Below the pieces are notes generated by a model, which was not told where the DNA came from, did no database searches, and worked only from the letters and a program-made list of their open reading frames with translations. The position numbers and the translations under genes are program-made. Positions 54,221-64,000 of a DNA stretch of 64,000 nt are shown here, one piece after another (the stretch's first letter is position 1; every line of letters starts with the position of its first letter). The stretch is from Octopus sinensis (Eukaryota), in the NCBI RefSeq assembly GCF_006345805.1, contig NC_043011.1, positions 35,786,464 through 35,850,463 of the forward strand, read 5' to 3'.

Positions 54221-54254
<34 letters not shown>

Positions 54255-54291
54255 AAGAAGAAGAAGAAGAAGAAGGAGGAGGAGGAGGAGG
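53791..54291. repeat. ~500-bp homopurine (GAA/GGA)n tract with internal higher-order repeats
   Basis: GACGAAGGATAAGAAGGAGGAGGAG recurs four times. Confidence 0.9.
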
Positions 54292-54530
54292 AGACGCGTG
54301 GCTTAGTGGTTAGGGTGTCAGCACTATGATCGTAAGATTGTGATTTCGATTCCTGGATCGAGCGACGCGTTGTGTTCTTGAGCAAAACACTTCATTTCAC
54401 GTTGCTCCAGTTCACTCGGCTGGCAAAAATGAGTAACGCTGCGATGGACTGACCAGCTGAGGAACACATACGCCATTGAAACCGGGAAACCGAGCCCATG
54501 AGCCTGGCTAGGTTTTAAAAGAGAGCATTT
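54291..54530 (+). mobile_element. Family D SINE
   Basis: Colinear with 5149..5400. Confidence 0.85.
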
Positions 54531-55796
54531 ATTATTTTTTTTTACTGCATTATATATTATGTGATAGAATTTGTTACGTAAACAACTGTCAATAACCTAT
54601 GTTTTGCATGCAAGATGTCTGTGTATACATATGTTTGTGTTACGTATACGTTACAAATATGCTGTGTGTTGAGTATTGTGTGTGCGGACAGGTCGCCATT
54701 TTGAATATTCTTTCATTTTTTTTTTATTATCAATATACGCTTGTGTCCTTCTTTATTGCAAATGCGTGATCTCGATAAAATTGTCAAGGGGAATGTGTTT
54801 ATGCGTTGGAAATATACGCATACGTGTTGCATGCAATGAGGAGGTTTACAGTGTTTACAACTGTTGCGTGTGTATTCCAGTTTTTGTATTTACATGTTAT
54901 TTACGTGCACGCGCTTTTTCTGGGTTGTAGATAAGAAATTTGTGATTTGTAAACGTTGTGTGATTGAATTCATGTTATTTTTTTGTCGGTATAGGTGTGT
55001 GTATCGGGCATGCGTAATGTGTATGTGTCGCATGTATTTCTATGTATGTGTGCGCCTGCGTATGACGTATATGCATTGCGCATGTGCGCTTTTTTGTGCA
55101 CTCGTTAAATCTATGGGTATATTCAAAGGTTTCTGTAGAAGGAAAAATGTTTACATCGTATTGTTTGAGCAAGCGAAGGTTAAGATGTAAAGGGAGGTTG
55201 AAGGGAAGACTGTTTATTTCTTTTAAAGTAATTTAGAAATGAACAATATAAATTCAAAGAGTGAAAGTTTTTCCCTGTGTTGACTCATAATTTAATGAAA
55301 CGAATCCAATCTTAATGGCGACCATATTAAGTGAATAGCTTAGGTTTCCGTTCTCCATCACGACCTTCATCAACAATTGAATATTATTCAAAGTCTAAGA
55401 TAAGCACATTAACCTCAATATTCATCTACATCAAAACACACACTCACGCACACTCACACACACATACATATGCAAAGGTACGAACACAAACACACACACA
55501 GAATATGAAAAATACAGAAATAAACTAACAAAGACGAATATAAGAATTATTTCTGATTTCTGAAGAGGAAATTAGGAAAATAAAAAGTCAAAAGATTTCA
55601 AGATTTAAAAATCAAATAAACCTAAATTCATTATTATTGAATTCCAGACTAATGAGATCTGCCAAAGACGGAAGCAAGGGGAAAAAAAAAGTTTTAAAAA
55701 TCGAACAAGTAAATTTGATGGGTTTTTTTTTTCTAATAGTTAAGGACAGTTTCAAATTTTTCAATCATTTGTTTCTAATCTCATAAAAATATTTAC

Positions 55797-55896
55797 NNNN
55801 NNNNNNNNNNNNNNNNNNNNNNNNNNNNNNNNNNNNNNNNNNNNNNNNNNNNNNNNNNNNNNNNNNNNNNNNNNNNNNNNNNNNNNNNNNNNNNNN
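55797..55896. other. Assembly gap (100 N) flanked by a direct duplication 54845..55796 / 55897..56879
   Basis: N run counted; flanks colinear. Confidence 0.97.
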
Positions 55897-56949
55897 TTTA
55901 CAGTGTGTTACAACTGTTGCGTGTGTATTCCAGTTTTTGTATTTACATGTTATTACGTGCACGCGCTTTTTCTGGTTGTAGATAAGAAATTGTGATTTGT
56001 AAACGTTGTGTGATTGAATCATGTTATTTTTTTGTCGGTATAGGTGTGTGTATCGGGCATGCGTAATGTGTATGTGTCGCATGTATTCTATGTATGTGTG
56101 CGCTTGCGTATGACGTATATGCATTGCGCATGTGCGCTTTTTTGTGCACTCGTTAAATCTATGGTATATTCAAAGGTTTCTGTAGAGGAAAAAGTTTACA
56201 TGTATTGTTTGAGCAAGCGAAGGTTACGATGTAAAGGGAGGTTGAAGGGAAGACTGTTTATTTCTTTTAAAGTAATTTAGAAATGGAACAATATAAATTC
56301 AAAGAGTGAAAGTTTTCCCCCTGTGTGACTCATAATTTAATGAACGAATCCAATTAATGGCGACCATATTAAGTGAATAGCCTTAGGTTTCCGTTCTCCA
56401 TCACGACCTTCTAACAATTGAATATTATTCAAAGTCTAGATAAGCACATTAACCTCAATATTCATCTACATCAAAAAACACACACTCACGCACATCAAAC
56501 ACACACACAAAAACGTACGCATCCGAATGTACGCGCGAGGGCACACACACATACATATGCAAAGGTACGAACACAACACACATACAGAATATGAAAAATA
56601 CAGAAATAAACTAACAAAGACGAATATAAGAATTATTTCTGATTTCTGAAGAGGAAATTAGGAAAAATATAAGTCAAAAGATTTCAAGAATTAAAATCAA
56701 ATAAACCTAAATTCATTATATGAAGTTCCAGACTAATGAGATTGCCAAAGACGAAGCAAGGGGAAAAAAAAGTTTTAAAAAATCGAACAAGTAAATTTGA
56801 TGGGTTTTTTTTTTCTAATAGTTAAGGAACAGTTTCAAATTTTTCAATCATTTGTTTCTAATCTCATAAAAATATTTACATTAGAATTAATAACAACAAC
56901 GACAAGAACACCATCACCACTACCGATAATAATAATAATAATAATAATG

Positions 56950-57016
<67 letters not shown>

Positions 57017-58568
57017 TATCGTTTCTTTATTCGAGAAGACCTGACAATAAGGGTACATACCAAGGACAAATAAATAATGCTCGAAGTGACAGCAGATTGT
57101 TCAGAATCGATTATGAAATAAAGAAAGAAAATAATAATCCTTTCTACTCTAGACACAAGGTCTAACATTTTTGAGGAGACGGACCATAAATTAGTTCGAG
57201 CCCAGTATACAACTGGTACTTAATTTATCGACCGCCGAAATGATGAAAAGCAAAATCGACTTTGGCAGAACTTGAACTCAGAACGCAAAGACGGACGAGA
57301 AAGAAAATAATAAGGAGAAACAACTGTTTGTCAATGGGTGCATTGTGATTGGTCAATAAGAGGACAGACATTGACAAGCCAAAAAAAAGAAGGATGCAAT
57401 ATGATTGGCCAATAGGACAGTCATCAACAACCAATGAAGAAATCTCACATATCAAAGAGAGTAAAGACGATAAAGAGCAAATGTGCGCCACCAGGTGTGT
57501 TCTCCGGTTGAAGGTCATGATGTGTGCAGCATTCATATCAACTACATCATACCAAGCCCTCCGTGCAATAGGTCCTGGAGGCGAATGAACATTCTGACTA
57601 GTGTAACACGTTCATTCCATAAAGAAACGAAAAAACTAGATAATTCTAGGGGGTAACCTAAAAATCTGAGGTAAGATATGACTGTCAAGCGGTAATGAAT
57701 AATGAATAATGAATAATGATTTCAAATTTTGGGCACAAGGCCAGCTAATTCAGTGGAAGGTTTAAGTCAATTACATCGACCCCAGTGCTAAACTGGTACT
57801 ACAGGTTCAGGGCCCCTGCATCTTAGCTAGTTTTCTTCCCCAACCGCTTCACGTGGCATTGGATAATATGGGGGTTGTCATGGACAAATCTGTCGGCAAT
57901 CACACACATCTGCGCATTTCTGACCAATCAACAGACTGCAAGCACCAACCTCTTGGCAGGCAGCTAATTCAAAATCGTAAATTCTCCTTTCAAGCTTGTT
58001 ATGTTCTTTCTCAGCAGCACCACTATGAGGCTCACTTAAATAGGAACGTTCCCAATCAGTTGTCATTTTGCTAGACAGGTGAGAGACGGGCAAGTAAGTC
58101 TAGAACGCATTAATAAAGCTTACAGGGCAACCCTTATTCAAACCAACCTATTTTTCTTGCACATTGGAAGTCTTTATCGGGTTTTGAAAATGTCTCCACC
58201 CTTTAGCTAAGAGCTGGGGCAAGTCATCGAGTCAGGCGCTAAGGTCTACTGACAGACATGAGCCCAGGAACAGGGGGTGCAGGTGGTGCAAGTGCAACCT
58301 CTAGAGTTTTTGTGGAATGCAGAACCAAAATTTGTAGCCCTACTTATTTTCCTTGGGTTTAGAAAACAGTAAATAAAAAGTGATGCGTAAAAAGTATCTT
58401 GAAGTGAGGTCCCTTCTCAAAGAACAAAACATAAATAACAAAAAAAAAAAAGACCTTGTTTGTAAATATTTTTGGACCTGTCTTTCATAATTTTGAAGTT
58501 GATAAATATAGTACCATCATTGCAATACCGGGTCGATCCTTTTATTTTTCTTTCTTTCTCCCTGAAAG

Positions 58569-58744
58569 AAATCTTCTGTTTGCATCTCTGGAGAAGAGAA
58601 TCCACCAGCTTTTTAAATGCTCAAGACTCACCGTGAGTCACAACACGGTCCCTGTGGATCTGTTAGAATTTGAAATACCAGAGAAAGTTCCCAAAGAACT
58701 TAGAAAACGGGACCTCATTGTTACAATTAGAAAAGATTGTTATG
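58569..58744 (+). CDS. Exon (phase 2->1; NLLFASLEKRIHQLFKCSRLTVSHNTVPVDLLEFEIPEKVPKELRKRDLIVTIRKDCY)
   Basis: tttttctttctttctccctgaaAG acceptor, G|GTTAGC donor, 176 nt open (ORF 58456..58749). Confidence 0.7.
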
Positions 58745-59177
58745 GTTAGCATGTATAGGTTTGATATACATTAAACGGTGAGAGTACGTGCTCAGAATAT
58801 ACTGTGAAATATAATATTCTGATTGAGAAATATTCTGGCACAGATTACAAGATCTTAAACATTAATAAATAATTAATAATGATGAGTACGTTGAGGGTTT
58901 TTAAAGGAAGTTCGTGAGAATATCAAAATGAAACGTTTCCTTTTGTTTTGCACGAAATAATTATGGTTTGACGAGGTAAATATTAATTAGCGATTAAAAT
59001 GATATGCAATAAATAATACAAGTCTAATTACAAGTAAATAATGGCAATGCCATTGGTATCGTAACCATAATGAATAATTTAAATATTAATTTGAGATACA
59101 AAATGATTAGAAACAATAACCACAGGCAAGTTGATAATATATATTTACTGATACATACCTATCTACCTGTATTACTG

Positions 59178-59262
<85 letters not shown>

Positions 59263-59525
59263 AAATACGCACACACGCACTACTATATACAAACATATGT
59301 ATGTGACTGCAAACACACACACGCAGCGCATGTCACCAAGTAAGAAAACGATCGCAATAAATTGTGATTGGATTGTTCTAAAGTAAAATACGCATAAAGT
59401 GATGGTATGTTGCCAACTTCATGTGGCAGTCCCATGAAAGGGAAGAATGCTACTGCTATTTAGCCCTAGGAAACACCGTTTCCTGTTAGCCATAACACAT
59501 TTTCTGTGTCCTTATGTTTTCAAAG

Positions 59526-59614
59526 GGGAGATAAGCACCTCCATCCAGAGACTAGTTTCAGAGTCATTGCTCATCATCAGTCTGGATTTTAGGAATTTGA
59601 ACTGTCTAAATGCG
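59526..59614 (+). CDS. Exon (phase 1->0; EISTSIQRLVSESLLIISLDFRNLNCLNA)
   Basis: ttatgttttcaaAG acceptor, GCG|GTAACA donor, 89 nt, phase matches both neighbours. Confidence 0.65.
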
Positions 59615-59699
59615 GTAACAATCTACTCTTGCATACGCATTTATATCCACTGTGTGTGTGAGTGTGTATACATACATTTTTTAAAAAATTTATGCGCCC

Positions 59700-59996
59700 T
59701 TTTCAAGCCTAGCCAGTTTCATGGGCCCGGTTTCCCGGTTTCTGTGGCGTATGTGTTCCCCGCAGCTGGACGGGACGCCAGTTCATCGCAGCGTTACTCA
59801 AGAAACAGGAAGAGAAAGTGACAGAAAGTTGGTGCCAAAGTGTACAACAGGGGTCACCCCCCCCCCTGCCGGAGCCTCGTGGAGCTTTTAAGTGATTTCG
59901 CTCAATAAATACACACAACACCCCGGTCAGGGAATCAAAACCCGATCCTCCGACCGCGAGTCCGCTGCCCTAATCATGGGGCCATTGCACCTCCAC
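59700..59996 (-). mobile_element. Family D SINE with a family C-like head
   Basis: CATGGGCCCGGTTTCCCGGTTTC tail and GGGCCATTGCACCTCCAC head on plus strand. Confidence 0.8.
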
Positions 59997-60011
59997 ACAT
60001 ACATACATACA

Positions 60012-60043
<32 letters not shown>

Positions 60044-60299
60044 CATACACACACAAGTATACAATTTGCTTACATTATATATAAACACACATATATATAT
60101 ATAGATATATTGTTACATAGATTGCTATTCCGGATGCTCTTCATTAAAAACAATGAAGCCCAGCCTCAATAAATTACTCAATATACGCTAAGATGCACCG
60201 GGAGTGTCTGTATATGCGCGTGTATGTGTGTGTGTGTGCGTGTTTGGTGCGTGTTGTGTCTATGTTGTGTATGTGTATGTGTGGTTGGTGTGTGTGTGC

Positions 60300-60352
<53 letters not shown>

Positions 60353-61059
60353 GTATGTATATATATATACATTATATATATATATTATATATATTATAAT
60401 ATATATATATATTATATATATATATATAGATATATACATATTTATATATATAAACACATATATTACTTGAATACTAATACTGCTGCGCCTGATATCAACA
60501 GTTTTGTTCTAATCAAGTCTACTTCAGATTCTTAGAGAGCATATTCAAATATGTAAGAAAGAAAAAAAAAGGGAAAAAAATTACCAAAAAAAAGAAAAAT
60601 TTAATAAAACCATCAATAAAAAAAAAAACATCAGTCGAAGAAACATCAATCGGAAAAGAGAAAAAAACATTGAATAAAGCAATGAAAGTTATAATATTTA
60701 TGATCATTATAACTGTTATGGCTTTCTTTCGATGTTTTTCCTCTTCTCCAACGATTGATGTTTTTTTCCGTCTGTATTTTTTTTATTAATGTCATATCAA
60801 TCTTTGATTGTTTGTTCGACAGTTTTTATTCATTTATTTTTTATTCTTTTATTATTTTTCTTTATTCTTAAAAAATTTTTTTTTTTTATTATCCATTTGA
60901 ATGTGTTATATAAGGAGCTCGATAACGGAGGTTGCAACTCATAACGTTCCGGATGGAAATCTGGTCATGTCGAAACGAGTGATCCCAACCGTACAACGAT
61001 TACTTAAATATAAATAAATGCATAGATGTGTGTGTGTGTGTAACCACACACACACCCAC

Positions 61060-61104
<45 letters not shown>

Positions 61105-61153
61105 TATGTATATATATACATGTATACATATATAACATACAAACATATATACA

Positions 61154-61194
<41 letters not shown>

Positions 61195-61218
61195 ACATAT
61201 ATATACATACAAACATAT

Positions 61219-61267
<49 letters not shown>

Positions 61268-61334
61268 CATACATACATATATATATTATTATATATAGTA
61301 TATATATATGTCTATATATATATATATATATAAC

Positions 61335-61384
<50 letters not shown>

Positions 61385-61394
61385 GTATATATAT

Positions 61395-61454
<60 letters not shown>

Positions 61455-61493
61455 GTATATGTGTGTATGTATATATGCTTGCATAATATTTAT

Positions 61494-61948
61494 GTCGGCG
61501 TGCTGTGTGGTCAGAAACTTGCTTTCCGACCACATCGCTCCGGGTTCAGTCCCACTGAACCCGGAGCGTGTGTTCTTCTATAGTCTCGAGGCACCAGTGC
61601 CTTGTGAGTGGATTTGGTAGACGGAACTCGAAGGGGCTCATCACACACACAGATATATATATATATATATATGTATGTATGTGTGTGTGTTTGTTTGTGT
61701 GTGTGCGTGTGTGTATGCATATATGAATATATCTATGTGTGTGTCATTTTGCCTGTGTTTTCCGCACTATCATCACCGCTTGACAATCGGTGTTGGTATG
61801 TTTACGCCCCTAGCAAAAAGACGGATAAAATAAGTACGAGTCTTAAAAATAATAACCACTAAGTACCGAGATCCATTTATTCTACTAAAAAGTTTTCAGG
61901 TTGTGATCCTGCATGGCCGCAGTCTAATGACTGAAACAAGTAAAAGAT

Positions 61949-61950
<2 letters not shown>
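61494..61950 (+). mobile_element. Family B SINE, degenerate
   Basis: Head, GCCTTGTGAGTGGATTTGGTAGACGGAA and tail present. Confidence 0.8.
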
Positions 61951-61990
<40 letters not shown>

Positions 61991-62231
61991 CATACGTGTC
62001 TGCCACTATTACCCTTGTTCATTTAAGCCAGATATTTGAATCCCCGGGGGTGCTAAACATCTTAGCTAGCATTCGGTACTATAACTTAATATATACTTCA
62101 GTCAAATAATTCTGAGGGACAGAGCTAAGCTATCCGACAGAAACTAAACACGAAACTTACCACGCTGCTACTTCGTTGTTATCTGTCTCTGTGACTATTC
62201 ACTACTTCTCTTGCTGTTGAACTAAATGCAG

Positions 62232-62339
62232 TTACTCGTTTGGTCATTCAATATTTCACAACTGTTGCAATTCGTCAATTTGCGACCAAAAAGAAATAAT
62301 TTGGGAAGACTCTATTTATTACCGGGAAGTAGCAACAGT
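62232..62339 (+). CDS. Exon (phase 0->0; LLVWSFNISQLLQFVNLRPKRNNLGRLYLLPGSSNS)
   Basis: aaatgcAG acceptor, AGT|GTAAGA donor (alternative AAG|GTAGCT ending at 62348), 108 nt, inside ORF 62226..62675. Confidence 0.6.
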
Positions 62340-62620
62340 GTAAGAAAGGTAGCTCTAGTTATCACTCTCCTTCTGTCTGCCTACCTCTCTGTCTCTCTGT
62401 CACTGGTAATCTTGATCATCGCAATAAATTTTATTCTATTTTTAGTAAAGAGTTACACCACCAGTAAATGGTCAGTTGTTATTCTTAAAACTGTTTTGAA
62501 ATATCAATATTTTGACATTTATATACGCACACGGACACACAAACGTACATGTATGCGTATAGATATACAAATACGTGCGTGTATGTGTGTGTGTAGATAC
62601 ATACATACATGTATACATAC

Positions 62621-62656
<36 letters not shown>

Positions 62657-63222
62657 GATGGCCGTCCACTCGTGACCTCGGAAGACCATTGCCGACCTTC
62701 AGGAACATTGTGCGCTCTAGGACTAACTTATATTTTACATTTGCGGCTCCGTTGGTGGCTAATGAGCCCTACTCTTGACAAGCATACACGACTGCAAACA
62801 TTGCAGAGCAAGCTTTCTCCATTCACTATACGAGCCGTGCGCTTTCGCGCAGCTCGCTTAAGTTCTTCATGCTGGATACGTGCTCTCTCAAAAGTGTCGA
62901 TCCCCTCCTTAACCTGCTTCCACCATCTGTGGCGATGAAAGGCATTGTTCTCCCAGTCAGTGTCCTGCTTATCACAGGCCTTTAATGAGAACTTGACATA
63001 GTCCTTAAATCGCAGCCTTGGTTTCTGCAGGAGTCTCCTTCCATTCACAAGTTCTCCAAAGAGCATCTGCTTAGGAATCCTGCTATCCTTCATTCTAATA
63101 AGGTGTCCAGTCCAACGTAACATTCTCAATGTTGGCTGGACCTAAAAAATTCCAGACACGCAGGTCCTGAGGTCAACTGATATCTTGAGTATTGAGGCAA
63201 TGGTGCACAAGCACCGGTTACG

Positions 63223-63225
<3 letters not shown>
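62657..63225 (-). mobile_element. RTE LINE 3' end (minus, 62657..63121) with inverted 5' segment (plus, 63122..63225), in a (TA)n tract
   Basis: Minus: LRWTGHLIRMKDSRIPKQMLFGEL..RPRLRFKD-like motif and C-terminal CNVCSRVCLSRVGLISHQRS; plus: ILNVGWT*KIPDTQVLRSTDILSIEAMVHKHRLR. Confidence 0.9.
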
Positions 63226-63264
<39 letters not shown>

Positions 63265-63697
63265 TCAAAATAAGCAACAAGGATATACAGAGGTAGATTA
63301 TAAAGACCCTATTTTGAATTATATGGATAATACCATACTAAATTCTGGTGCCTTTAACATTAGTACCATATTCATCTGAATGTATATTTTACTAAACTTA
63401 TATATATATATATATAAATATATGTAGTCAATTCAAATAATTGAAAAATAAAATTAATAAAAACAAACAACAAAAGGATGTGCACAAGGAATGTAATAGC
63501 TTGACGCTCAGTAAAAGGGAAGAGATTTTGATGCTTCGAGCATAGCTTTTCGTCGGAAAGGAGAAAGAGAAAAATCCAGTGAAGGAAAAAAAAAATGGCC
63601 AGCAACACGCGTGTAGTTACATTACTGAAGCGTTATACATACATACATACATACATACATACATACATACATACATACATACATACATACTATATAC

Positions 63698-63757
<60 letters not shown>

Positions 63758-64000
63758 CAGGCAGAAATATTATGAGACGAAAATACACATAGGAAGTACT
63801 GAATAATTCAGTGCGCATGTTGAAGTAGTTTATCGAACTACAAAGCCTGTACATTTCGTATTTATTTTCTATTCATTTTCTTCCTCGCCACGAATAATGA
63901 AGTGTTCACATCTATTATGGATGAGACTTACATAAAGGTGGCTGCCATTTTTCCCTATTCCTTTCTTATGTTAAGAGAACAATACTAATTTTATTGTTTC

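Noticed and set aside
58632-58801. Minus-strand exon candidate with good acceptor and GTGAGT donor
   Set aside because: Stops in all three frames; overlaps the better + strand exon.

Overview
AT-rich (my impression, not computed) eukaryotic window saturated with microsatellites and short retroposons. The tRNA-headed SINE families look like those of Octopus (inference from recalled sequence, no search run). There is no prokaryotic system and no CRISPR array, and almost all ORFs in the track are low-complexity artefacts. Reading splice sites by hand gives a phase-consistent chain of up to 12 short + strand exons (295..62339; 1188 nt, 396 codons, no stop). These encode part of an unidentified, Cys-containing, probably extracellular protein; start and stop codons are not located. 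The introns hold four SINE families, two RTE LINE 3' fragments (one with a twin-priming-type 5' inversion), a decayed Penelope-like RT, a full-length dead mariner and a CCHC ORF1 fragment. They also hold several minimal hammerhead-ribozyme motifs in three repeat families, three fold-back elements, 16-bp and 50-bp tandem arrays, and a 100-N gap flanked by a probably false ~1-kb duplication. The most unusual item is a 566-bp palindrome made of two head-to-head units, each with a tRNA-like head and a hammerhead-like core.
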